A stretch of DNA of 64,000 nucleotides from Chloroflexota bacterium. GTDB lineage: Bacteria; Chloroflexota; Dehalococcoidia; Lucifugimonadales; GCA-002723415. The stretch spans positions 38,278-102,277 of the forward strand of contig PBOA01000027.1 in assembly GCA_002723415.1 (NCBI GenBank), in the 5' to 3' direction. Of this stretch, positions 49,191 to 58,995 are shown in pieces. Within the stretch, counting starts at the first letter, position 1. The number at the start of each line of letters is the position of its first letter. The notes below the pieces were generated by a model that worked only from the letters and a program-made list of their open reading frames with translations, searched no databases and had not been told where the DNA came from. The translations under genes were made by a program, and so were the position numbers.

Positions 49191-49664
49191 GTGGGAGATA
49201 TTGAATTATTCAAAAAAGCTTGGAGTAAATTTCCTACTGGGGTCTCTGTAATAAGCTCAATCACACCTGACAATAAAATACATGGGATGGCTGCAAATGG
49301 TATAATGTCAGTTTCACTTGATCCAATGTTAGTAGTTATATCTATGTCCAATAGTTCAACTTCTTTTAAATATATAGAGAAAAATAAGAAATATGGGATT
49401 AATATTTTGAAAAAAAATCAAGAATTAATTGCTAATTATTATGCTTCTTCGACTGAGGATAAAAGCATTGATAAGTCTAGTTGGTTTAATTTTGCTAATA
49501 ATGGTGTGCCTTTCCTAAAAAATTGTTTAGCTTCTATGAGTTGTAACGTTGTGGAACAATATAAATCTGGTGATCATACTTTATTTATTGGGAAGGTTGA
49601 TGAAATAATTGTAAATGAAGGGGATCCATTATTATTCTATAATAGTAGTTTTGGTAAACTATAA
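49191..49664 (+). CDS. Flavin reductase-like FMN-binding split-barrel protein
   Basis: FKKAWSKFPTGVSVIS ... HGMAANGIMSVSLDPMLVVISM is typical of the flavin reductase domain. GTG start. Confidence 0.8.
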   Translation: MGDIELFKKAWSKFPTGVSVISSITPDNKIHGMAANGIMSVSLDPMLVVISMSNSSTSFKYIEKNKKYGINILKKNQELIANYYASSTEDKSIDKSSWFNFANNGVPFLKNCLASMSCNVVEQYKSGDHTLFIGKVDEIIVNEGDPLLFYNSSFGKL

Positions 49665-49693
49665 AATAATAAGTAATTTTTTGAGGAGTAACT

Positions 49694-50446
49694 TTGTCAG
49701 GTCATTCTAAATGGTCAACAATAAAACATGGTAAAGCCGTTACTGATGCTAAAAGGGGGCAATTATTTACTAAGCTTGCTAAAGAGATTATTGTTGCTGC
49801 GAAAGTTGGGGGAGGAGACCCTGAAATGAATTTTAGGCTTAGGATTGCTGTCCAAAGAGCAAAAGACAGCAATATGCCTGCAGCTAATATTGATCGAGCT
49901 ATAAAAAAAGGTACAGGTAGCTCCAATGACTCAGATCAAATGATAGAGTGTACATATGAAGGTTATGGGCCTGGTGGAGTAGGAATATTATTAAATGCTT
50001 TGACTGATAATAAAAATAGAACAGTTTCAGATGTTAGATCTACTTTTACAAAAATGGGGGGTAATTTAGCTCAATCTGGTGCAGTATCTTGGCAATTTGA
50101 GCAGAAAGGTGTTGTATCAATTGGAGGAGAGAAAGATATATTAGAAGAAATTACACTTATTGCTATAGATGCTGGAGCCAATGATGTTGAAAATATAGGA
50201 GATACTTTGAATATATATTCTGATTTGTCAGATACAGAAAATATAATTAGTTCTCTAAAAGAAAATAATATAAATATTAATTCAACTGTAATAGATATGA
50301 TTGCAACTAATACTGTTTATTTAGACGAAAAAGCTGCTTTACAAACTTTAAAACTTTTAGACAGATTAGAAGAATTAGAAGACGTTCAAAAAGTTTTTTC
50401 TAATGCCGATTTTTCAGATGATATATTTAATAAATATGGACAATGA
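49694..50446 (+). CDS. yebC: YebC/PmpR family DNA-binding transcriptional regulator
   Basis: The N-terminal MSGHSKWSTIKHGKA is diagnostic. It lies upstream of ruvC as in many bacteria. TTG start. Confidence 0.93.
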   Translation: MSGHSKWSTIKHGKAVTDAKRGQLFTKLAKEIIVAAKVGGGDPEMNFRLRIAVQRAKDSNMPAANIDRAIKKGTGSSNDSDQMIECTYEGYGPGGVGILLNALTDNKNRTVSDVRSTFTKMGGNLAQSGAVSWQFEQKGVVSIGGEKDILEEITLIAIDAGANDVENIGDTLNIYSDLSDTENIISSLKENNININSTVIDMIATNTVYLDEKAALQTLKLLDRLEELEDVQKVFSNADFSDDIFNKYGQ

Positions 50447-50479
50447 ACTGAGTAAGATCAACTATTAAAGGGAGGTGTT

Positions 50480-50986
50480 TTGAGGGTATTAGGAATTGAT
50501 CCTGGGACTTTTAAAATGGGTGTTGGTATTGTTGACTATATTGAGGGTGATTTCAATTTAGTATATTCAGGAGTGTTAAAAGCTTCAAGAAGAATGCCTA
50601 TATACAAACGATTACATATTTTACATGAGGAATTATTAGCAATTACTGTTAAATATAAACCTTTAGAACTAGCAGCTGAGCAACCGTTTGTTTCAAATAA
50701 TGTTAAAACTGCTATAGCTATTGGTCAAGCTCAATCTGTTGCTATGATGGTCTCTGGTTATTTAGGAGTGGATTTTTTTAATTACATGCCTACGGAGGTA
50801 AAAAAAGCTGTTACAGATCATGGTCTTAGTACTAAGGCACAAGTAAATGAAATGATTAGATTATTATTAAAGCTGCCAGATTCTTGGACTGAAAAAGAAG
50901 ATGCTACAGATGCGTTAGCTGTAGCGATATGTCATATTAATAATTTACAAGTTTCAGCAGTATTAAATAATGCTGAATATATATAG
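50480..50986 (+). CDS. ruvC: Crossover junction endodeoxyribonuclease RuvC
   Basis: VLGIDPGT catalytic Asp context, EQPF, and the C-terminal DATDALAVAICH. Confidence 0.93.
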   Translation: MRVLGIDPGTFKMGVGIVDYIEGDFNLVYSGVLKASRRMPIYKRLHILHEELLAITVKYKPLELAAEQPFVSNNVKTAIAIGQAQSVAMMVSGYLGVDFFNYMPTEVKKAVTDHGLSTKAQVNEMIRLLLKLPDSWTEKEDATDALAVAICHINNLQVSAVLNNAEYI

Positions 50987-50988
50987 GA

Positions 50989-51582
50989 TTGAGTATGGTT
51001 ACTTCACTTATATCTATGATTAGAGGGAATATTGAAAATATAGGTGATGAATGGTTAGATTTGGCAGTGGGAGGTCTTGTTTTTAGGGTAGCAATTCCTT
51101 CATCAAATATCTCTCAATTAGCTCAGAAAGGAAATAAAGTTGAACTTTTTACTTCGCTACAAATAAGAGAAGGGAGTATGTCTCTATTTGGATTTTTAAC
51201 TGAAGATGAAAGAAGAACTTTTGAAATTCTAATTAATATTAATGGTATTGGTCCTAAAATGGCTTTAAATCTATTATCTATTTTGTCTCCTGATTCATTG
51301 TCTTCAGCAGTTAATTTAGGTGACATTGATGCTTTTACAGTAGTTCCTGGAGTGGGTAAGAAGATGGCTAGTAGGATAATTTTAGAATTGAAAGGAAAGC
51401 TAGATTTATCTAATGAAATATATGATTATCAGAGTGATGAATTAGCGAATGCATTGATATCTTTAGGTTACACTACTACTGAAATAAGAAAAGCTATTTT
51501 AAATATAGATAATTCCGATACTATTACTTTAGAAGATAAAATTCGTAGTGCATTAAATAATTTAAGCAGCACAGATAACTAA
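50989..51582 (+). CDS. ruvA: Holliday junction branch migration complex subunit RuvA
   Basis: Helix-hairpin-helix motifs GIGPKMALNLLS and VPGVGKKMASRIILELK. 197 aa. Confidence 0.9.
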   Translation: MSMVTSLISMIRGNIENIGDEWLDLAVGGLVFRVAIPSSNISQLAQKGNKVELFTSLQIREGSMSLFGFLTEDERRTFEILININGIGPKMALNLLSILSPDSLSSAVNLGDIDAFTVVPGVGKKMASRIILELKGKLDLSNEIYDYQSDELANALISLGYTTTEIRKAILNIDNSDTITLEDKIRSALNNLSSTDN

Positions 51583-51602
51583 TGATGAAACAATTATTAT
51601 AG

Positions 51603-52385
51603 ATGATTTCTGATAATACATATTATGATGATTGGGCTGAAATATATGATTCAATATATTCATATGTTACTGAAGATATCCGTTTCTTTGTTGAAGAATC
51701 TATTAATTATGGTGGTCCAATCTTAGAACTTGGTTGTGGTACAGGAAGAATAACGATACCTATAGCTGAAGCTGGTGTAGAAATAACAGGTTTAGATATA
51801 AGTAATAAGATGCTTATGAAGTTTAATCATAAATTACAACTAATGAAGCTGAATAAATCAAAGATAAATTTAATAAATGCGGACATGAGGAATTTCAGTT
51901 TAGGCAAAGAATTTTCTCAAATTATAATTCCTTTTAGAGGTTTTCAATCTCTTTTATCAGTAGAAGATCAGATTTTGACTTTAAAAAATATAAAAAAGCA
52001 TTTGAATTCTAATGGCAGATTGATTTTGACCCTATTTGTACCAAATATTGATGAAATGATAAAAGATGAAGATAATTTATATCATTACAGAGATGTGATT
52101 GATCCTTTAGATAATAGTAAGAATATAATTTGGTTGAAAAATAATTTTGATCAATATAGCCAAATAATAAATACTAGAATGGTTGTCGATAGAGTTAATA
52201 ATAATTTATCAGTTGATTCAAGGATCTTTAGAGATTTTAGCTTGAGGTATATTTATAGATGGGAAATGTATCATTTGTTAAAATCATGTGGTTTTGAAAT
52301 AGTAGATTTATATGGAGATTTTGATCGATCTGAATATGATGAATCTAGTTTGGAAATGGTATGGATAATAGAAAATAGAGTTTAA
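51603..52385 (+). CDS. Class I SAM-dependent methyltransferase
   Basis: Motif I ILELGCGTGRITIPIAEAG and the post-I acidic residue GLDIS. Substrate unknown. Confidence 0.8.
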   Translation: MISDNTYYDDWAEIYDSIYSYVTEDIRFFVEESINYGGPILELGCGTGRITIPIAEAGVEITGLDISNKMLMKFNHKLQLMKLNKSKINLINADMRNFSLGKEFSQIIIPFRGFQSLLSVEDQILTLKNIKKHLNSNGRLILTLFVPNIDEMIKDEDNLYHYRDVIDPLDNSKNIIWLKNNFDQYSQIINTRMVVDRVNNNLSVDSRIFRDFSLRYIYRWEMYHLLKSCGFEIVDLYGDFDRSEYDESSLEMVWIIENRV

Positions 52386-52391
52386 TTTATA

Positions 52392-54398
52392 ATGCCTAAT
52401 TTTAAAATAAAATCAGATTTTCATCCAACTGGCGATCAGCCAGATGCAATATTAAGATTAGTATCAGGTTTAAACAATAATCTAAAAGAGCAAATTTTAC
52501 TTGGTGCTACTGGTAGCGGAAAGACTTTTACAATGGCATGCGTTATTGAAAAAGTTCAAAAGCCAACTTTGGTTTTGGTTCATAATAAAACACTTGCTGC
52601 GCAATTAGCGACTGAATTTAAAGAATATTTTCCAAAGAATGCAGTAGAATATTTTGTTAGTTATTATGATTATTACCAGCCTGAGGCATATGTGCCTAGT
52701 ACGGATACTTTTATTGAAAAAGATGCAGATATTAATGAAATACTCGACAAGCTTAGGCATGCTGCAACACGATCATTGCTTACAAGAAGAGATACTATAA
52801 TTGTTGCTTCTGTTTCTTGTATTTTTGGACTAGGGTCACCTGAAGAATATCAAAATTTTATGATTTCAATACAAAAAGGTGACATTAAAACAAGGAAAAG
52901 TTTAACAAAACAATTAATTGACATGCAATATGAGAGGAATGATTTTGATTTTTTGAGAGGTAGATTTAGAATTAGAGGAGATACTTTAGAAGTGTTTCCT
53001 GCATATGAAGAAGAAATAGCTTTTAGGTTAGAATTTTGGGGAGATGAAGTTGAAAGAATTGTTTCTATTAGCCCACTTACAGGAAATGTTATTGAGGATT
53101 TAGAATTTGTTGATATTTTTCCTGCGAAACATTTTGTAACTCCACAGGAAAAATTATTTAATGCGTTTAATTATATAGAAGACGAGCTAGTTCAAACAGT
53201 AAATGGGTTTGAAAAAGAAGGTAAATTAATAGAAGCACAGAGAATAGAATCAAGGACTAATTTTGATTTAGAAATGTTACGTGAAACTGGATATTGTTCA
53301 GGGATCGAGAATTATTCTAGGTATTTAGACGGCAGAGAACCTGGTAGTACTCCATATACATTATTAGATTATTTCGAAGATGATTATTTATTGTTTGTAG
53401 ATGAATCCCATATAACTTTACCGCAAGTTAGAGCAATGTACGGAGGGGATCAATCTAGAAAGCATACATTAGTTAATTTTGGGTTTAGGTTGCCATCAGC
53501 TTTAGATAATAGGCCGCTGAATTTTGATGAATTTAAAGAAAGACTTAACCAAGTAATATATGTATCAGCTACTCCAAGTAATTATGAATATGAAAATAAT
53601 GAGCAATTAGTTGAGCAAATTATAAGGCCTACAGGAATTATTGATCCTAAAATTAATATTAGGCCTTCAAAAGGACAAATTGATGATTTGATTAATGAAA
53701 TCAAATTAAGAATAGACAAAAAAGAAAGATGTTTAGTTACTACCTTAACTAAGAGGATGGCTGAAGAATTATCAGAATATTTGCAAGAAATAAATATAAA
53801 AAATCATTATTTGCACTCTGAAATAGATACGCTAGATAGAAGTGCTATTTTGAGAGATTTACGTTTGGGGGTTTATGATGTAGTTGTTGGCATTAATCTT
53901 TTAAGAGAGGGCTTAGATTTGCCTGAAGTTAGCTTAGTGGCAATTTTAGACGCTGATAAAGAAGGTTATTTAAGGTCATCAACTTCTTTAATTCAAACTA
54001 TTGGGAGAGCAGCTAGGCATGTTAATGGAGAAGTGTTGATGTATGCAGATAAAAAAACATTATCTATGAAAAAGGCTATAGATGAAACGTATAGACGAAG
54101 AGAAATACAAAGTGAATATAATAAAAGAAATAATATTGATCCAAAGAGTATTTTAAAGAATATTCGGGATATCAATGAAGATATTATAGATAAAATTAGT
54201 GTCAAGAATTATAAAAATGATGCACAAAATACTGAAGAAATTAATTATTCAGATTTATCACAAAAGCAAATTAATATTTTAATCAAAAATTTAAAGAAAG
54301 ATATGAAAGAAGCTGCAAAGACTTTAGAATTTGAAAAGGCTGCTTTAATACGAGATAAAATTTCGGATTTAAGAAATTCAATTAGTCAGATTTATTGA
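52392..54398 (+). CDS. uvrB: Excinuclease ABC subunit B
   Basis: [12 protein letters not shown], the DESH box (FVDESHIT), and a C-terminal UVR domain ([13 protein letters not shown]). Confidence 0.98.
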   Translation: MPNFKIKSDFHPTGDQPDAILRLVSGLNNNLKEQILLGATGSGKTFTMACVIEKVQKPTLVLVHNKTLAAQLATEFKEYFPKNAVEYFVSYYDYYQPEAYVPSTDTFIEKDADINEILDKLRHAATRSLLTRRDTIIVASVSCIFGLGSPEEYQNFMISIQKGDIKTRKSLTKQLIDMQYERNDFDFLRGRFRIRGDTLEVFPAYEEEIAFRLEFWGDEVERIVSISPLTGNVIEDLEFVDIFPAKHFVTPQEKLFNAFNYIEDELVQTVNGFEKEGKLIEAQRIESRTNFDLEMLRETGYCSGIENYSRYLDGREPGSTPYTLLDYFEDDYLLFVDESHITLPQVRAMYGGDQSRKHTLVNFGFRLPSALDNRPLNFDEFKERLNQVIYVSATPSNYEYENNEQLVEQIIRPTGIIDPKINIRPSKGQIDDLINEIKLRIDKKERCLVTTLTKRMAEELSEYLQEINIKNHYLHSEIDTLDRSAILRDLRLGVYDVVVGINLLREGLDLPEVSLVAILDADKEGYLRSSTSLIQTIGRAARHVNGEVLMYADKKTLSMKKAIDETYRRREIQSEYNKRNNIDPKSILKNIRDINEDIIDKISVKNYKNDAQNTEEINYSDLSQKQINILIKNLKKDMKEAAKTLEFEKAALIRDKISDLRNSISQIY

Positions 54399-54455
54399 CT
54401 CATAAATGCTTAAATATTAGTATAGATATGTATATAAAATTTTTAAGGATGACTT

Positions 54456-54770
54456 ATGAGTGAATCTATAGTTTTAACAAGGGAAGATGTTTTAGAAGCG
54501 TTGAAAGATGTATATGATCCAGAGATTCCAGTAAATGTAGTTGATCTAGGATTAGTCTATGATGTAGATGTAGTTGAAAATGATGTTTCTATACAAATGA
54601 CTTTAACTTTTGCAGGTTGTGGGATGGGACCATATATAGCACAGCAAGCAGAATGGAGGATTGCTGAACTCGAACATGTAGAAGATGTGAATGTTGAAAT
54701 GGTGTATGAACCACCATGGAATCCCGAAATGATTACTGAAGATGGGAAAAAGCAACTAGGTTTAGATTAA
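54456..54770 (+). CDS. DUF59 (SufT/PaaD-like) Fe-S cluster assembly protein
   Basis: DVYDPEIPVNVVDLGLVY and TLTFAGCGMG are diagnostic of DUF59. 104 aa. Confidence 0.85.
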   Translation: MSESIVLTREDVLEALKDVYDPEIPVNVVDLGLVYDVDVVENDVSIQMTLTFAGCGMGPYIAQQAEWRIAELEHVEDVNVEMVYEPPWNPEMITEDGKKQLGLD

Positions 54771-54790
54771 TAATTTTATAGGAGTATATT

Positions 54791-55609
54791 TTGCCTGAAC
54801 GTTCAGAAGTTAACCCAGCGCAAGCAGCGCAAGCTAAGACCAGAATTGAGGCTATGAAGCGTCAATTTGAACAGAAAAGAAGTATTAATGAAATATTATC
54901 AAAAGTAAATTGTAAAATTGGTGTTTATAGTGGTAAAGGTGGAGTTGGTAAAACTACTGTTGCAGTTAATTTAGCTTCTACTTTGGCCTATGAAGGTTCT
55001 AAGGTAGGTATATTAGATGTAGATGTTGATTGTCCTAATGTAGTTAATGTGATGAAAATATCGGAACCTCCAGTAATTGGGCCTGACAAGAAAATGATTC
55101 CTCCTGAGCGCTTTGGAATTAAAGTAATGTCTATGGGCTTCTTTCAGCAAAATGAAGAAGAAGCTATTATATGGCGAGGTCCGATGATTCATAATGCAAT
55201 TAATCAATTTCTGCAATCAACTCAATGGGGTGAATTAGATTATTTAATTATTGATTTACCTCCTGGAACTTCTGATGCTCCCCTTTCGATTATGCAAGCT
55301 ATAGATATGGATGGCTTTATTGTTGTTACAACACCTCAAGATTTAGCTAAAATAGATGCAAAAAGATCAATTAATATGATTAAAAAGCTTAAAGTAAATG
55401 TAATGGGTGTAGTTGAAAATTTTTCTGGAGATATCTTTGGAATGGGTGCTGGAGAAGAATTAGCTAAAGAAGTAGGGGTAGAATTTTTAGGAAATTTATC
55501 TTTGAGTTCAAATTATAGAGATACTTCAAAACCGACTGTTTTATTAAATAATGATACATTGAAAGAATACCAGTTTATTGGATCTAAAATAAAAAAAATT
55601 TTGAATTAG
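54791..55609 (+). CDS. Mrp/NBP35/ApbC-family P-loop ATPase lacking the CxxC cluster-bridging motif
   Basis: Deviant Walker A SGKGGVGKTT and DLPPGTSD. Where ApbC has ENMS..C..CG...IFG, this protein reads ENFSGDIFG (55415..55441). Confidence 0.85.
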   Translation: MPERSEVNPAQAAQAKTRIEAMKRQFEQKRSINEILSKVNCKIGVYSGKGGVGKTTVAVNLASTLAYEGSKVGILDVDVDCPNVVNVMKISEPPVIGPDKKMIPPERFGIKVMSMGFFQQNEEEAIIWRGPMIHNAINQFLQSTQWGELDYLIIDLPPGTSDAPLSIMQAIDMDGFIVVTTPQDLAKIDAKRSINMIKKLKVNVMGVVENFSGDIFGMGAGEELAKEVGVEFLGNLSLSSNYRDTSKPTVLLNNDTLKEYQFIGSKIKKILN

Positions 55610-55654
55610 CGCAAAGTTAAAAAATTAATTTGGCATGTTCTCAAAAGGCATATC

Positions 55655-56878
55655 ATGAATAAATATAAAGTGATAGTTTCTTGGGTAGTATTCGATATTG
55701 GAGTTACTTCATTTTTTGTTGGTGTAGTTGGTATGCTTTTCCCCCTTTGGGTATTGAATGAGTTAAATGGTACTGATGCTACTGTTGGGTATACCTTATC
55801 TATAGCTATGCTAATTAATATGATAGTTACACCATTTGTAGGGAAATTATCGGATCATATTTCTAGAAGATTGCCATTTGTAATAGTGGGTATATTAGTT
55901 AGTGTAATAGCAACTTTATTTTTAGGTTCAACAAATTTATATATTGGGATATTATTATTTTCAATATCCGTAGTTGCCGTATATATTGCTAATGTAATAT
56001 ATGGAGCTATGTTAATAGAGATTTCATCAGAAGAAAATATGGGAAAAGTAAATGGCTTCGGAGTTGGAGTTGGTTACCTTGGAGCAATAGTAGCAATATT
56101 TATTGGTATATTTGTGGTGGATAATTGGAGTTATGCTAGAGGATTTCAGTCCATTACTTTTTGTATGATACTTTCGTCTATTCCATTGTTTTTATATTAT
56201 AAAGATGACAATCCAAAATATTTCAAGAGACAAAATTTCCAGTTTGATATTAGAGGTATTTTGTATGGAATAAAAGATGCTTTTATAGAATTAAAAAATG
56301 CTAAAGAGGTTAGTAGGTTTTTATTCTCTCGATTTTGGTTTACATCTTCTTTATATACTGCTCAAACTTTCGCAGTTGTTTTTGGAACTGACGCTGCAGG
56401 GTTTAGTGCATATCAAGTTCAGGTTTTACTCTTTCTTGGAGTATTAGTTGCAATACCCGGTGCAATAGCTTGGGGGTTTATTGTGGATAAAATAGGAGCC
56501 AAGAATTCATTAGTAATAGTTTTGAGTATTTGGGCATCTATTTTAATACTTTGTGCATGTATGCCTTATTTTAATTTGAATAAAGGTTTGTGGCTGTTAA
56601 TTGGTGTAATTACAGGTGTAGTTATATCAGGTGTTTGGGCATCTGATAGGCCGTATATGATTACTTTAGTTCCTAATAAAAATTTTCTTGGACAATATCT
56701 TGGATATCATGCTGTTACAGGCCGTCTAGCAGCTATATTCGGTCCATTTAGCTGGGGGTTTATTTCAACAACTTTAGGTTTAGGCCAAATACCTGCTGTT
56801 TTAACTTTAGCTATTTTTTCATTAACATCAGTGCTATTTATTGTATGTTTTAAAAACAATTCTGAGGTTGTTGCCTAG
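55655..56878 (+). CDS. MFS transporter
   Basis: About 12 TM helices in two halves with a loop motif GKLSDHISRRLPF (MFS D-R-x-G-R-R-like). 407 aa. Confidence 0.8.
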   Translation: MNKYKVIVSWVVFDIGVTSFFVGVVGMLFPLWVLNELNGTDATVGYTLSIAMLINMIVTPFVGKLSDHISRRLPFVIVGILVSVIATLFLGSTNLYIGILLFSISVVAVYIANVIYGAMLIEISSEENMGKVNGFGVGVGYLGAIVAIFIGIFVVDNWSYARGFQSITFCMILSSIPLFLYYKDDNPKYFKRQNFQFDIRGILYGIKDAFIELKNAKEVSRFLFSRFWFTSSLYTAQTFAVVFGTDAAGFSAYQVQVLLFLGVLVAIPGAIAWGFIVDKIGAKNSLVIVLSIWASILILCACMPYFNLNKGLWLLIGVITGVVISGVWASDRPYMITLVPNKNFLGQYLGYHAVTGRLAAIFGPFSWGFISTTLGLGQIPAVLTLAIFSLTSVLFIVCFKNNSEVVA

Positions 56879-56881
56879 GCT

Positions 56882-57457
56882 TTAGTTAGTTTTTTGGAGT
56901 AAATTTCTTGCTTGGATGGTATAAGGATGTATGGGTTCGTTTCGATTTATTCTAAACTTTATATTATAGTTAAGATACATTAATAACCCTAGGTCTAAAT
57001 CGCTATAAGCAATTTTTCTAATTTGAGCTAGTTCGGTAGATTTTTTTAATTTTTCAGGTTCTATTTTATCTGATAAGAAAACTACTTTAAAAATTTTACT
57101 CATATCTTTATGCGCACTAGTATGCCATTTTACTGAGTGCAAAATTTCTTTGTCTGATATTTGAAAACCTTTTTTCAATTTTAAAGATGCAAGCTTACCA
57201 TGGAGTAAAATAGGCGAAAGTTTTTCAATTTTGGAGATATATAGATTATTTTTTTCAGCTTCTTTTAAAAGTTCTTTATTATTGTATGCTCTATATAAAT
57301 CATGACCTAATAATGCGATTTTAACTTTATTTAAATCTACATTATTTATTTCAGATAAATCTTCGCCTATTTTACAGGCCCTGTTTATGTGGTTTTTAAG
57401 GTTTTGGGGCAAGTTAACTTCTATATAATTAATTAACCTAAATATTGTTCTATTCAT
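56882..57457 (-). CDS. HD-domain phosphohydrolase, YqeK-like
   Basis: HD dyad in ALLGHDLYRA, then LLHGKLAS, VKWHTSA and FLSDKIEP, resembling the YqeK (Ap4A hydrolase) layout. 191 aa. Confidence 0.65.
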   Translation of the reverse strand: MNRTIFRLINYIEVNLPQNLKNHINRACKIGEDLSEINNVDLNKVKIALLGHDLYRAYNNKELLKEAEKNNLYISKIEKLSPILLHGKLASLKLKKGFQISDKEILHSVKWHTSAHKDMSKIFKVVFLSDKIEPEKLKKSTELAQIRKIAYSDLDLGLLMYLNYNIKFRINRNEPIHPYTIQARNLLQKTN

Positions 57458-57761
57458 AATTACACTTGTTTAAATTTAAATTAATTTCTTAAAAAACCAC
57501 ACTTGTTAGATAATATAAGAAAAGAAGTCATTCCAAAAAAAGGTTCTGCTGTTATTCCAAAAGTCCAATGGTTTCTTATACCATAAAAAAACGTTATTAA
57601 ATTCTTCTGAGTTTAATTGTTCTAATCTTTTATTTAGTTGAATATTTTTAACACTTGTAATTAATATGACACTTGGAATATATAAAATCAAGTAATTATG
57701 ATATCTAAAAAAACTCAGTATATAATTTTTAAGTTAATTTATGTCTAAATAATATTCTGGA

Positions 57762-58889
57762 TTATTTAATGAATCCAAATTTATTGAATTGGCCATTAAC
57801 TATTTCAGGAGCATCAAGATTAAACCAATCTTCTAATATATCAGTATATGATTGCCTAAAATCGTTATTAAAGTGTAAATCACCATCTAATTGGTCTTTT
57901 TCAAGTAAAGATGGATATTCACCATACATGCCGCCTTTAATATCTCCACCAATAGCAAAGGCTACACCTCCAGATCCATGGTCAGTACCAGATCCATTAT
58001 CTTTAATACGCCTTCCGAATTCAGAAAATATAAATATTACTACTTCATCTTCTTTATTATGTTCTTTTAAATCGTCATAAAAATCTCCAACAGCGCCAGA
58101 AACTTCATTCCATAATTTTGCGTGAGTATCAAGTTCGCCTGAATGAGTGTCAAAACTTCCGTGTTGAGTATAATAAATTCTTGTACCTAGATCAGCAAAC
58201 ATAACTTGAGCTACACTCTTTAAGCTTTGTGCCATAGGGTTAGCTGCATATTCTATTGTGGACTCATATTTTTCAGGAGCTGTCCTTAATATATCCGCTC
58301 CTTTAAGTGCATCAGTGCCAGTTTGACCTAGGAAATCCATTACTGGGTCTTTTACTTCTCCACCATACATTTTTGCAAATGCATCTAATGCATATTCTTT
58401 TAATTTTTGATCTTGAATATCTGGAAATAATCCATAAGTAGCTAAATCTCCAACTGATGCTACAGGCACACCCCTCATCCCTAATGCTCTAGGAAGTCCT
58501 CTGCCGAAATTTACAGCCGTTAAAACATTTTCTTTTTTGGGGTCTATTTCTTTGATTACTCTTCCGAGCCATCCTTCAGTTCCAATTTTCTCAGGTTCTG
58601 CAGTGTGCCAAATATCCATTGATCTAAAGTGGGAACGGTTTGGTTGAGGATATCCTATGCCATTTATAATTGCGACTTTACCTTGGTCCCATAATGTTTT
58701 TATAGCTCCCATATTAGGATTGAAACCATAATTTGAGTCTATTTGTAACACTGAATCTTGGGATATGTTTACACTGGGTCTTAAGTCATAATATAAACCT
58801 TGGTTATAAGGGACAATCGTATTTAAATAATCATTGCCACCAGACAATTGTATAACAACGAGATTTTTATTTTTTTTTGCTGTTACCAA
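57762..58889 (-). CDS. DUF1501-like (alkaline-phosphatase/sulfatase superfamily) protein without a Tat signal
   Basis: LVVIQLSGGNDYLN at the very N-terminus, SEFGRR and GTDHG motifs. The TTG start is supported by a GGAGG 6 nt upstream. Confidence 0.8.
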   Translation of the reverse strand: MVTAKKNKNLVVIQLSGGNDYLNTIVPYNQGLYYDLRPSVNISQDSVLQIDSNYGFNPNMGAIKTLWDQGKVAIINGIGYPQPNRSHFRSMDIWHTAEPEKIGTEGWLGRVIKEIDPKKENVLTAVNFGRGLPRALGMRGVPVASVGDLATYGLFPDIQDQKLKEYALDAFAKMYGGEVKDPVMDFLGQTGTDALKGADILRTAPEKYESTIEYAANPMAQSLKSVAQVMFADLGTRIYYTQHGSFDTHSGELDTHAKLWNEVSGAVGDFYDDLKEHNKEDEVVIFIFSEFGRRIKDNGSGTDHGSGGVAFAIGGDIKGGMYGEYPSLLEKDQLDGDLHFNNDFRQSYTDILEDWFNLDAPEIVNGQFNKFGFIK

Positions 58890-58936
58890 CGGGGACCTCC
58901 GATATATAAGCTTAGAATAATTTTTTATGTTAAATT

Positions 58937-58965
58937 AGTTTAATTGTAGCTAAGATAAGTGTCAA
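58937..58965 (-). promoter_or_regulatory. Candidate sigma-70 promoter (TTGACA-17 nt-TAAACT, minus strand) for the DUF1501 gene
   Basis: The reverse complement of 58960..58965 is TTGACA, followed by a 17-nt spacer. The reverse complement of 58937..58942 is TAAACT. Confidence 0.4.
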
Positions 58966-58995
58966 TAGCACTGAAGCTTTAATTATAAATAAATA

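Noticed and set aside
49091-49351. Minus-strand 86-aa ORF in the divergent region between the RAM-domain gene and the flavin reductase gene.
   Set aside because: It overlaps the 5' part of the flavin reductase CDS, which has clear family similarity. It has no homology signal and an odd composition.
50989-52385. Absence of ruvB after ruvC-ruvA, with a methyltransferase gene in its place, as a possible rearrangement or insertion.
   Set aside because: ruvB is unlinked from ruvA in many lineages. I saw no repeats, integrase or compositional shift around the methyltransferase, so there is no evidence for a mobile insertion.
57506-57691. A 61-aa ORF in the 304-nt gap as a possible small protein gene.
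   Set aside because: It has no Shine-Dalgarno, and the Phe/Asn/Trp-rich sequence has no recognisable domain. It cannot be excluded, but coding is not supported, so only the repeated motif is reported as a finding.
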